32,000 nucleotides of DNA from Thermosulfurimonas dismutans (GCF_001652585.1 NZ_LWLG01000017.1:1-32000), one strand, 5' to 3'. Positions 9,618 to 17,105 are shown, counted from the first letter of the stretch. Numbers and translations: made by a program. The notes: generated by a model from the letters alone, not told the origin.

Positions 9618-9775
9618 TTACGATAAAGCTCCTTGTTTTGAAAGATAATTCCTTTCCGCAAGACGGTAAAGATACGCCGATCCTTACGCCCCGCCACTAC
9701 ACATGAAGTGCCCCCCATTTTTGACACAACCTTTGTGTTAGGCGAAAATACTAGGAAAGGAGGGGGTCACTACAC

Positions 9776-9798
9776 GTCCGCTGAAGCGAATTGTTAGG
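9776..9798 (-). repeat. Truncated terminal attC (R''/L'' arm only)
   Basis: GTCCGCTGAAGCGAATTGTTAGG matches the right-hand arm of the other attC copies. The partner arm (CTAACGCC..CTCAGCGG) is missing at 9700-9775. Confidence 0.6.
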
Positions 9799-10045
9799 AC
9801 TTTATAATCTTTTCATATTCCGAATGTTTACCAATCCAAAACCAAACAATTCCTTCTTCTATTTCTATCCCTATGGCTCTATATTTTCTACCAATCCGCA
9901 CCGACTAGTAATTAGCAACTTTCTTCAAATGCAATGATGGATGGTACGGATCTTTCTTAAGGAGTTCAAAATTCTTATCGGCCAATCTTTTGACTTCTTC
10001 GGGTAACCTCTCATATTCTTTCCAAAAAGAGGGGCTGGCATATGC
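9794..10045 (-). pseudogene. Decayed RelE/ParE-family toxin (paralogue of 10861..11118)
   Basis: Hand translation gives ..YASPSFWKEYERLPEEVKRLADKNFELLKKDPYHPSLHLKKVANY*SVRIGRKYRAIGIEIEEGIVWFWIGKHSEYEKIIKS. It is colinear with the intact toxin but has an in-frame TAG (nt 9905-9907) where the paralogue has Trp, and no start codon. Confidence 0.7.
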
Positions 10046-10223
10046 CGGCCCGGAAATCTTTAATGGCTTGTTCTGCTAATTTTTCTAGTTTTCCTAGTTT
10101 TACATCTCTTTCGAATTCTTTATCCCAAAGTTCCTGTTCAAAATCTTCTATCCACTCTAAGAGGATTTTTAGATCATTTTCTGGCAATTTTTTAATGTTT
10201 TCGATAATTTCGTGGACTTGCAT
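10011..10223 (-). CDS. Antitoxin-like protein (paralogue of 11118..11318), C-terminally extended into the dead toxin gene
   Basis: MQVHEIIENIKKLPENDLKILLEWIEDFEQELWDKEFERDVKLGKLEKLAEQAIKDFRAG parallels MISVEEIKSIIEKLPEREFIELRKWILEKDWENWDKKIEEDSRKGLLDFLIEEALEE. The internal ATG at 10223 is preferred over the track start 10271. Confidence 0.5.
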   Translation of the reverse strand: MQVHEIIENIKKLPENDLKILLEWIEDFEQELWDKEFERDVKLGKLEKLAEQAIKDFRAGICQPLFLERI

Positions 10224-10303
10224 GAAATCGGCCCCCCAGAAAGATTCGATTCTATTTAAAATTTTAACCAATCAAGATAAAATAACCAAATATTTTAATT
10301 TCT

Positions 10304-10364
10304 CCTAACGCCCAAACTCAGCGGCGGCGCCAGTCGGCGCCGTCCGCTGAAACGAGTTGTTAGA
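10304..10364 (-). repeat. attC site (cassette 8/9 junction)
   Basis: Plus strand reads CCTAACGCCCAAACTCAGCGGC-GGCGCCAGTCGGCGCC-GTCCGCTGAAACGAGTTGTTAGA. Arms are inverted, the centre is palindromic, and the hicA stop codon lies in the core. Confidence 0.8.
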
Positions 10365-10572
10365 TTAAATTTTCTTTTTCTTCACCAATAATTTCAAATA
10401 ATTGCTTTACAATCTTAGGATGTAATATCTTTCCGCTATGGAAGGGTAAAACAAAACGTTTGTTTTCTTTCATGTAAATCCTATGACTTCCTTTACTCCT
10501 AATCAATTTAAAACCTGCTTGTAATAATAACTTTTCGGCTTCAACAGCAGTTAATCTTGGTAGTTTAGGCAA
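10360..10572 (-). CDS. hicA: HicA-family mRNA interferase toxin
   Basis: 70 aa. PKLPRLTAVEAEKLLLQAGFKLIRSKGSHRIYMKENKRFVLPFHSGKILHPKIVKQL is a typical HicA/YcfA pattern. It overlaps hicB by 8 nt and appears to use a TTG start. Confidence 0.8.
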   Translation of the reverse strand: MPKLPRLTAVEAEKLLLQAGFKLIRSKGSHRIYMKENKRFVLPFHSGKILHPKIVKQLFEIIGEEKENLI

Positions 10573-10783
10573 CCCTTACCTCTAAAGAAGTAGTCAAAAT
10601 CTCCTTGTTTAATAAAATTCTTTTTTCTTCTTCATCCAAAGTTTCTAAATATAATTCTACAGCTTCTTTAATATTTTCTAGAACTTCATCTAAAGTATCC
10701 CCCTGTGTATGACAACCTTTTAATTCAGGACAATAAGCATAGTATCCAAATTCATCTTTTTCTATTATTACTGTAACTTTCAT
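10565..10783 (-). CDS. hicB: HicB-family antitoxin (UPF0150 fold)
   Basis: 72 aa. MKVTVIIEKDEFGYYAYCPELKGCHTQGDTLDEVLENIKEAVELYLE is the canonical HicB N-terminal domain. Confidence 0.8.
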   Translation of the reverse strand: MKVTVIIEKDEFGYYAYCPELKGCHTQGDTLDEVLENIKEAVELYLETLDEEEKRILLNKEILTTSLEVRVA

Positions 10784-10806
10784 ATTCTACCTCGAATTTA
10801 TTTTTT

Positions 10807-10865
10807 TCTAACGCCTCAACTCAGCGGCTCGCTGTTAAGCGGGTCCGCTGAAGCGGGTTGTTAGG
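10807..10865 (-). repeat. attC site (cassette 7/8 junction)
   Basis: TCTAACGCCTCAACTCAGCGGCTCGCTGTTAAGCGGGTCCGCTGAAGCGGGTTGTTAGG. The toxin stop codon lies in the core. Confidence 0.8.
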
Positions 10866-11118
10866 TTCTTCTTATCATTTTCTCATAATCATCGTGTGTT
10901 CCGATCCAAACCCAAATGTAATCATTTCCGTCTTGGATTGCTAAGGCTCTGTAATAATCAGTTATTCTTACAGACCAAAATTTTCCAACCTTTTTAAAGT
11001 GCAGAGATGGATGATGTGGATTCTTTTTAAGTAATTCGAATTGTTCCTTTGCTCTCTGTTTAACTTTTTCAGGCAAGGCTTCAAAATATTTCCAAAATCT
11101 AGAAGTTGCTTTATGCAC
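10861..11118 (-). CDS. RelE/ParE-superfamily toxin
   Basis: 85 aa. FWKYFEALPEKVKQRAKEQFELLKKNPHHPSLHFKKVGKFWSVRITDYYRALAIQDGNDYIWVWIGTHDDYEKM matches the RelE/ParE-like toxin pattern. It has a 1-nt overlap with the upstream small ORF. Confidence 0.7.
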   Translation of the reverse strand: MHKATSRFWKYFEALPEKVKQRAKEQFELLKKNPHHPSLHFKKVGKFWSVRITDYYRALAIQDGNDYIWVWIGTHDDYEKMIRRT

Positions 11119-11318
11119 TAGATATCTTTTAACTTCCCTTCTCGCTTTTCCTCAAGGGCTTCTTCAATTAGAAAATCCAAGAGACCTTTTCGAGAGTCTT
11201 CTTCAATTTTTTTATCCCAGTTTTCCCAATCTTTTTCTAGAATCCATTTTCGGAGCTCGATAAATTCCCGTTCCGGCAACTTTTCAATTATGGATTTGAT
11301 TTCTTCTACCGAGATCAT
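11118..11318 (-). CDS. Cognate antitoxin (small acidic helical protein)
   Basis: 66 aa, directly upstream of and coupled to the toxin. The W..WD..IE.D...G.LD pattern is typical of partners of this toxin type. Confidence 0.55.
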   Translation of the reverse strand: MISVEEIKSIIEKLPEREFIELRKWILEKDWENWDKKIEEDSRKGLLDFLIEEALEEKREGKLKDI

Positions 11319-11378
11319 TTAACTTCTCTCCAAACTAGATTTATTTAAATTTTTAAGCTATTTTCAGAAATATTTCAA

Positions 11379-11432
11379 CTTAACGCTAATTTCAGCGGCG
11401 GCTATAGCCGTCCGCTGGAGAGGCTTGTTAGA
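11379..11432 (-). repeat. attC site (cassette 6/7 junction)
   Basis: CTTAACGCTAATTTCAGCGGCGGCTATAGCCGTCCGCTGGAGAGGCTTGTTAGA. The core variant is GTTAAGT on the cassette strand. Confidence 0.75.
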
Positions 11433-11478
11433 AGTTTTTATTCTTAAATCTCATGTTTAAGTCCTTTTATATTTTTAC

Positions 11479-12975
11479 TTAATTATATTTTACCTTGGAT
11501 TCTACATAAATTATTGCATTTTCTAATGATTTATTAAAATCATCCACCAACTGTTTATTTTCCTCTTTCCATCTTTTAAAAACTTTTGCACATCCTTTCC
11601 CCCAATATTTCTTTTGTTCACTAAACCACTTTTTCATTTTTTCACGATTATCAGTATTAGGTTTATTTGCAAGAAAAATTTCTTTTGTATATTGACCAAT
11701 TGTTCCCCAAAATTTATCTTCTGGAGATAATGATTTTAAAAAATCATAAATAACATTTTCCGGTCTTTTTTCACCAGGCAAATATACAACATTTTTATAT
11801 CTGCTTTTTTTCTTATCCCCATCTAAAACAATTATACTATAAGGAAATGTTGGAGCTTTATGTTTAAGAAGATTTAAATAATTTTCAGCACCTAAATTAA
11901 GATTAGAAATTTTAACTCGTTTTCTTAGCTTTGGATCTATTATATTTCGCAGAAATATTCTAGCTTCTTCGTCCTCTGTATATAAATTTATTTTAGGATT
12001 TTCATGTGTTGGACATATTTCATAGCGTAAAGCAGATATAATTTGTTTTAACTTATTTAAATTTTGATATGGAATTACTTTTTCACCTCGTTTTTCAAGG
12101 AAAAGAAAACTTATATCGCTTGAATTTGAAAACATTTTATCCTCTAACATTGTCAAAATATCAGTTGAGTGGGTTGTAAAAATAATTTGAATTTTAAATT
12201 CTTTCGAAAATTTTAAAAACACCTCTAATAATTTTCTTTGTGCTCCTGGAAATAAAGTAGCATCAACTTCATCTATTAATAATATTCCCCCTTTATATTT
12301 ATCTTTTAATCTATCCTTAAGTTTTTTAAAAGACAAAATAGCTGTAAGTATTTGACCTAAATTATCTTCTCCAGCAGAATTGCTGAAAGCATCATGTGTT
12401 TTATGAGAGGGCGAATAAAATCTTTTGTGCTGTGTCTTAAAATCTTCAATATTGATTAATTCTTCTGATGCAAAGATTAAGTTGTAATAATGCTCATACC
12501 ACTCTTTATCAGAATTCTCTATTTTTAATGGTTTAAGATTTATATCTTTATCTTTTTCACGAGCAATAGGAAACAACCTTTCTAATCCTAAATATATTAC
12601 AGGCAAATTGATTTTACCTTCACCAGCTGCTTTTTTACCAACATGAATTCTAAATCTTTTTTCTGTCTCATTGTATCCTCTAAAATATGCTTTACGAACT
12701 GTATTATCATCGAAAATCACTTCATAGTCATATTTACTGTTTTTCTCATGCTTGAGAGAGAAACGGAATATTTCGCTAAATTCTGTAGCAAATCTTCGAC
12801 CTAACAGAGTTCGTTGAGTACCTTTAAAATCGAAAATGTGACCTATTAATCCTAAAAGTGCTGATTTCCCCGTACCATTTCTTCCAGCAATAACTGTGAT
12901 TTTTTTACCCACTTCAAATTCAATATTTTTAAGATTTCTAAAGTGATGGATTTTTACACGTTTAATTCTCATCAA
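11479..12975 (-). CDS. ABC/AAA_15-21-type ATPase fused to a Toprim/DUF4435-like C-terminal region (OLD-like); candidate defence protein
   Basis: 498 aa. Walker A GRNGTGKS, signature-like SAGEDNLGQIL, Walker B ILLIDEVDATLFP, H-loop TTHS. The C-terminal region has acidic motifs NLYTEDEEARIFL and IIVLDGDKK, followed by YLPGEKRPENVIYDFL. Confidence 0.65.
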   Translation of the reverse strand: MMRIKRVKIHHFRNLKNIEFEVGKKITVIAGRNGTGKSALLGLIGHIFDFKGTQRTLLGRRFATEFSEIFRFSLKHEKNSKYDYEVIFDDNTVRKAYFRGYNETEKRFRIHVGKKAAGEGKINLPVIYLGLERLFPIAREKDKDINLKPLKIENSDKEWYEHYYNLIFASEELINIEDFKTQHKRFYSPSHKTHDAFSNSAGEDNLGQILTAILSFKKLKDRLKDKYKGGILLIDEVDATLFPGAQRKLLEVFLKFSKEFKIQIIFTTHSTDILTMLEDKMFSNSSDISFLFLEKRGEKVIPYQNLNKLKQIISALRYEICPTHENPKINLYTEDEEARIFLRNIIDPKLRKRVKISNLNLGAENYLNLLKHKAPTFPYSIIVLDGDKKKSRYKNVVYLPGEKRPENVIYDFLKSLSPEDKFWGTIGQYTKEIFLANKPNTDNREKMKKWFSEQKKYWGKGCAKVFKRWKEENKQLVDDFNKSLENAIIYVESKVKYN

Positions 12976-13050
12976 ATCCCCCCTTCTAATTATATTTCTT
13001 TTAAAGTTTCCTTGATTTTCTAAACAATTTTTTCAATTTCTGTTTTTTCT

Positions 13051-13109
13051 TCTAACGCCCAAACTCAGCGGCCGGCAGTCTCGCCGGTCCGCTGAAGCGG
13101 GTTGTTAGG
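13051..13109 (-). repeat. attC site (cassette 5/6 junction)
   Basis: TCTAACGCCCAAACTCAGCGGCCGGCAGTCTCGCCGGTCCGCTGAAGCGGGTTGTTAGG. Confidence 0.8.
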
Positions 13110-13115
13110 AATATT

Positions 13116-13448
13116 TTATTTAAAATCTTTATTTTCTACTAACCAACTATCGTCTGGTTTATAACCATTTTTTATTGCAGCATTATAAAACTGAGTAAAT
13201 CCAGATATGGCTTGGTTTAATGCTAAATCTTCAGTATCGTTCCATGGTCGGCTAGTAATATATGGTCCCGCTTGCAAAGGAGTATGAATAAAATGACTTT
13301 GATAGAATTCATAATATCCAGTTCTGATATTTTTGTATATTTTTATGGTAATAGTTTTCGAAATACCATCTAAAGAAAATTTATACTCTGATACTAATAC
13401 TTTAGCTTCATTAATTATTTCATCTTTAAAAATTTCTTCAATTTCCAT
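13116..13448 (-). CDS. Hypothetical cassette protein (110 aa)
   Basis: Single ORF filling the cassette, with an AGGAGG RBS inside the R' flank. No family recognised. Confidence 0.55.
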   Translation of the reverse strand: MEIEEIFKDEIINEAKVLVSEYKFSLDGISKTITIKIYKNIRTGYYEFYQSHFIHTPLQAGPYITSRPWNDTEDLALNQAISGFTQFYNAAIKNGYKPDDSWLVENKDFK

Positions 13449-13457
13449 AAAAAACCT

Positions 13458-13517
13458 CCTAACGCCTAAACTCAGCGGCCGGCGATTATCGCCGGTCCGC
13501 TGAAGAGGTTTGTTATG
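13458..13517 (-). repeat. attC site (cassette 4/5 junction)
   Basis: CCTAACGCCTAAACTCAGCGGCCGGCGATTATCGCCGGTCCGCTGAAGAGGTTTGTTATG. The ORF stop codon lies in the core. Confidence 0.8.
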
Positions 13518-14388
13518 ATTGCCTTTGTGATTTTTTCATTTCATCTGGAAACAAAATCTCAACTGGCATATCAATATATCCCGAAGCATTCCTTTCCCAA
13601 CAAAGTTTTATCTGTTTAAATTGATATTCAATATATTTATCATCACTTGCAGCTTTAGGTCCAACATATTCATTATACCTGCCAAACGTTTCCCATCTAA
13701 CTTTAATATTTTCTAATTCCATTGCTCCAACTTTTTTAGAAATAAACACAAATCCATCCCAATCAATTCTTAATTGATTTAAAATTCTATCATCTGCTTC
13801 AGAAAAAAGTTCTGCACATTTTTCTTTAGTAAAATCATTGATATGAAATTCTGGATAATGATATTTAAATAAATCTCTATAATCTAAAAATATAGTAGCA
13901 TAAGCTTCATTTCTTAGCTCTATAGGATAATCATTTTTAAGAGATACTAAAAATACTTTCACTTTTCCTCTCAATTTTTTTAAAATAGGAACAAAATCTC
14001 GATCACTAGATAATAAAATTAAAATTTCTACTTCCTTTGCGTAATCCTCTATTTTACTAGAGATAGTTGTATCAACTCCTTTTTCTGAAGAACCAGGAAG
14101 ATCCACTATATCAACATACACTCCTATTTCAGCTTTAAGTCTTTTTAACAATAATTCTTGCTCTTTTTCAGAAAATCTTTGACTCCTAGGACCGAATTTT
14201 TTTTTAGAACACACAAATTCAACAATTTCTGCCTTTTCCTTTACATCAAAATCAGCAAGTTTTTTATTAATGATTTCTCTTAAACTTTCTAAACTTAATT
14301 GTCTAGCAATATGATTTGGTTTAATTCCTAATTCAATAACACGATTAATATAATTAGGTCCATCAACAATAATCGGTATGCCTTGCAT
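13513..14388 (-). CDS. NYN/LabA-like (PIN-like) domain protein with an unknown ~110-aa C-terminal domain
   Basis: 291 aa. The IIVDGPNYINR, EKGVDTTISSKI and LLSSDRDFVPILKKL triad matches the acidic-residue layout of the NYN (DUF88) domain. Confidence 0.65.
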   Translation of the reverse strand: MQGIPIIVDGPNYINRVIELGIKPNHIARQLSLESLREIINKKLADFDVKEKAEIVEFVCSKKKFGPRSQRFSEKEQELLLKRLKAEIGVYVDIVDLPGSSEKGVDTTISSKIEDYAKEVEILILLSSDRDFVPILKKLRGKVKVFLVSLKNDYPIELRNEAYATIFLDYRDLFKYHYPEFHINDFTKEKCAELFSEADDRILNQLRIDWDGFVFISKKVGAMELENIKVRWETFGRYNEYVGPKAASDDKYIEYQFKQIKLCWERNASGYIDMPVEILFPDEMKKSQRQS

Positions 14389-14405
14389 ATTTTTTACCTT
14401 TACCT

Positions 14406-14464
14406 CCTAACGGCCAAATTCACTCGCCCGCCGTATGGCGGGTCGGGTGAAAAGGTTTGTTAGA
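14406..14464 (-). repeat. attC site, sequence-divergent but structure-conserving variant (cassette 3/4 junction)
   Basis: CCTAACGGCCAAATTCACTCGCCCGCCGTATGGCGGGTCGGGTGAAAAGGTTTGTTAGA. Both arms are changed relative to the consensus, yet they remain complementary. Confidence 0.75.
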
Positions 14465-15197
14465 TATTTTTTCTAATATAAAGTATCTCACTATCACTAA
14501 TTCTAGTTTTTATGTCCTCTTCTGAATAATCCAAAAGTTCTACGCATCTGTTGTAATATATTTCATACCATTCACCAAAATATTTATGAAAATCTGTTAC
14601 CATTTTATCAAAGGTCAGCTGTTCAAAATTCGGGCAGTCTTCATTACCTATAACTACTTTTGCTCCACCCAACATAATTCCTTGTTGAGTAAAACCGATA
14701 AGGTGCCCACAAAAATATTTAAGGGATGTAACCTGCATTGAACAGTTATCTTCTTTTTTCTTCGGAGAAGCAAAAGCCGTATGAGCGAAAATTTTATGTC
14801 TATATCTTCTATATTTTTTTATCGCATCTTCTCTCTGTTTTAAGATCTTTTTGTTTACTTCATCGCCAATCTTGTCATGCATATTCTTATATTCTTTTTT
14901 TAAAATATCTGTTAAATTTAAAGCAAAAACAATAAAGGAACCGATACGCCATATTTCTCTTGCTATGAAGGACTCTAATTTAGATTCTTTGACCCCAATA
15001 GCAGGAAATTTTTCTATTAATTTTTTGTTCATCTTAATATCACTTTTATAAGAATTATAAATTTCCAATAATATTCTTAAAATACTATCAATTGAAGAAA
15101 GTATATCTATTGAGGGAATAGTCATTATATAATTTTGAGAATTTCTTCTTAAAGATAGTACTAAATATGGCAAAGAACGAAATGAGTATTCTAACAT
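14460..15197 (-). CDS. Hypothetical cassette protein with a HEPN-like R-x5-H motif
   Basis: 245 aa. KKYRRYRHKIFAHTAF resembles the R[NH]xxxAH HEPN catalytic motif. The protein is otherwise unrecognised. Confidence 0.45.
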   Translation of the reverse strand: MLEYSFRSLPYLVLSLRRNSQNYIMTIPSIDILSSIDSILRILLEIYNSYKSDIKMNKKLIEKFPAIGVKESKLESFIAREIWRIGSFIVFALNLTDILKKEYKNMHDKIGDEVNKKILKQREDAIKKYRRYRHKIFAHTAFASPKKKEDNCSMQVTSLKYFCGHLIGFTQQGIMLGGAKVVIGNEDCPNFEQLTFDKMVTDFHKYFGEWYEIYYNRCVELLDYSEEDIKTRISDSEILYIRKNI

Positions 15198-15222
15198 TAT
15201 CCCTTCCTTTTTAGATTTATCA

Positions 15223-15281
15223 TCTAACGCCTAAACTCAGCAGCCGGCGTATACGCCGGTCCGCTGGAGCGAATTGTTAGA
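15223..15281 (-). repeat. attC site (cassette 2/3 junction)
   Basis: TCTAACGCCTAAACTCAGCAGCCGGCGTATACGCCGGTCCGCTGGAGCGAATTGTTAGA. Confidence 0.8.
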
Positions 15282-15455
15282 TTATTTTCATTTTCCTGTT
15301 CTTTTTCAGAAAAAACGTCCATTATCTTCTTGTTCTCTTCCTTTTAAACCTAAAATCCTGCGAAGCAGTATTCAATTTCTTTTTTATCCTGATTCGCCCG
15401 ACTCTTGAAGTGTATTTCTTACCGATTTATGCAATCAATTCTACGGACCGATCTC

Positions 15456-16103
15456 TCAATTTCTCCTTTTTGCAGAGCTGATTATTGAATTAATATAATC
15501 GTTGATCTCTTTAATTCTTGACCCAAGTATAATATTATAGCCCTTTAGTCTTTTATCCCATACTCTTTTTGCTAAGCGAACAAAATGTAAAAAATCATTT
15601 TTCATATCTTCTTGAAACTCTTCATCAATTATGACTCCAGAAACAGGACCAGTACCTGTGATCCGTTCTGTAAATGATTCTTTTTTATATGCAGTTTTCA
15701 TATCTAAATCGTATCTTACTCCTATACCCAGCTTATCTATCTTCTGGATCCTTTCAAAAGTTTGTTTGGTACATATTCTATATTTGCCATTCGCTCTTTC
15801 TTTGCATTCTGCAATAATTTTACTTAAATTGTGACTGCATTTTCTTGCTACTATATATGCCTCTTTAGCGGTTTCGTCTTTTTTAGATAATCCTATCAGT
15901 ATTGCTTTTAATATGCACTCGAGTGCCATTCTGAGCATAATGAACTGTTTAGTCATAATAGACATGTTGTGAACAGGGAAACTTTGACTGTGATGATATA
16001 GAGCAATCCAATCAGCTGCATCTCTGAAGAAATGGCCAAATAAAACAGCTTTTACATGTGACTCTAAGGAAAACCGTTTGCCAATCTTTTTTAATGTAGT
16101 CAT
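15456..16103 (-). CDS. HEPN-domain-like protein
   Basis: 215 aa. The helix pattern ALECILKAILIGL .. CSHNLSKIIAE .. LGIGVRYD resembles the classical HEPN domain (..E.aLKA.L.. / ..tHdL..L.. / ..RY..). A canonical Rx4-6H motif is not evident. Confidence 0.5.
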   Translation of the reverse strand: MTTLKKIGKRFSLESHVKAVLFGHFFRDAADWIALYHHSQSFPVHNMSIMTKQFIMLRMALECILKAILIGLSKKDETAKEAYIVARKCSHNLSKIIAECKERANGKYRICTKQTFERIQKIDKLGIGVRYDLDMKTAYKKESFTERITGTGPVSGVIIDEEFQEDMKNDFLHFVRLAKRVWDKRLKGYNIILGSRIKEINDYINSIISSAKRRN

Positions 16104-16115
16104 TTATTTATCGTG

Positions 16116-16172
16116 TCTAACGCCAAACTCAGCGGCGCCATGTAATGGCGTCCGCTGAAGAGATTTGTTAGG
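16116..16172 (-). repeat. attC site (cassette 1/2 junction)
   Basis: TCTAACGCCAAACTCAGCGGCGCCATGTAATGGCGTCCGCTGAAGAGATTTGTTAGG. The ORF stop codon lies in the core. Confidence 0.8.
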
Positions 16173-17010
16173 TCTTTTCATTAATAATCCTATTTGCAAA
16201 ATAATTATCAAAAAAGTTTAAAAAGTCTCGAAGTCCCAAAATAATAGAATTAAGTAGTTTCTCTACCTCAAATCTGTCTTGAATTATTGTAACTAAGTAA
16301 TGGTCTCCTCGTTCATAAAAAGAAATATCAATAGAACCAACATGAGTAACATAATCTCTTATATCGCGAACAATAAAAAACCATTCCATGTGATTTTTTA
16401 TGTATTGTTTCATAGTATCATCTGAAATTTCTCCCGATCTATGTTTATCTTTGCAAATATATTTTATATAATCAGAAAAACTACAGAATTGACGAGAACT
16501 AGGACCATACAAGAAATGGAGCATAGTAGCAATTGAATCCATAATACTTCTTACATTAAATAAAAGACCAGCGATCTCTGATTTTAATGCATAAACTTGG
16601 TCACCTATATTAAATGAAGGCTGTCCTGTTCTTGGAAGTATTTTCCGAGTTTTTTGGTAATAAACTTGGATGTCTTTAATTATTTTTTGTATCCTTTCAA
16701 TATTCAAAGTTAAAGAATAAAGCTTATCAGCTATGTATTTAAAGTTAAATACATAATATTGTCCTGCTAAAAAATATTGTCGAATATATCCATTTTTAGT
16801 TTCTATATAATATCCTATATGATGAAATCTTTCCCAATATCTAGTCTTTAAAATAGCTTTTCTAAGTTGTGGAAAAGGATCTTTTAAAGCAGGTATTGTA
16901 TAACTAACTAGTTTACCCCGGGAGGGAGATAAGCTTACTCTGTAAGTATTCCTTAATCTTTCTTGTATTTTCTCTTGCGCTTGTTTAGTTTTTATAATTT
17001 CAAAACGCAT
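16168..17010 (-). CDS. Hypothetical first-cassette protein with a possible HEPN R-x4-H motif
   Basis: 280 aa. The C-terminal half contains WFFIVRDIRDYVTHVGS (RDYVTH = Rx4H). No family recognised with certainty. Confidence 0.45.
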   Translation of the reverse strand: MRFEIIKTKQAQEKIQERLRNTYRVSLSPSRGKLVSYTIPALKDPFPQLRKAILKTRYWERFHHIGYYIETKNGYIRQYFLAGQYYVFNFKYIADKLYSLTLNIERIQKIIKDIQVYYQKTRKILPRTGQPSFNIGDQVYALKSEIAGLLFNVRSIMDSIATMLHFLYGPSSRQFCSFSDYIKYICKDKHRSGEISDDTMKQYIKNHMEWFFIVRDIRDYVTHVGSIDISFYERGDHYLVTIIQDRFEVEKLLNSIILGLRDFLNFFDNYFANRIINEKT

Positions 17011-17075
17011 TTTTATTTATCTAACATTACTTTTATACTTTCTTAGATTTAAAGCCTATTGCCAATATTTTTGGA

Positions 17076-17105
17076 ATGATAGCTTTTTACAATAAAAAAT
17101 GTCAA
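17076..17105 (-). promoter_or_regulatory. Candidate cassette promoter Pc (TTGACA-18 nt-TATCAT)
   Basis: On the minus strand, the -35 TTGACA is at 17105-17100 and the -10 TATCAT at 17081-17076. It points into the cassette array from within attI. Confidence 0.4.

Noticed and set aside
9694-9776. Duplicated CACTACAC octamers (9694 and 9768) flank a segment with GTGCCCCCC/GGGGGTCAC inverted ends, a possible miniature element that disrupted the terminal attC.
   Set aside because: The repeats are short and overlap the inverted ends awkwardly, and removing the segment does not restore a recognisable attC left arm. The evidence is insufficient.
15188-15197. TAATGTTAGA, shared with the attI core context (17019-17028), occurs at the start codon of the cassette 3 ORF. 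This hints at a secondary recombination site.
   Set aside because: A 10-mer match in very AT-rich DNA that already favours GTTAGA is weak evidence. The genuine cassette junction core lies 27 nt away at 15222-15228.
9776-16172. The regularly recurring ~60-bp repeats could be taken for a CRISPR array belonging to the neighbouring type III locus.
   Set aside because: Spacing is 0.35-1.7 kb and irregular, and every interval contains a full ORF or operon. The repeats are imperfect palindromes with variable centres and RYYYAAC/GTTRRRY ends. A divergent IntI gene sits at one end. These are attC sites, not CRISPR repeats.
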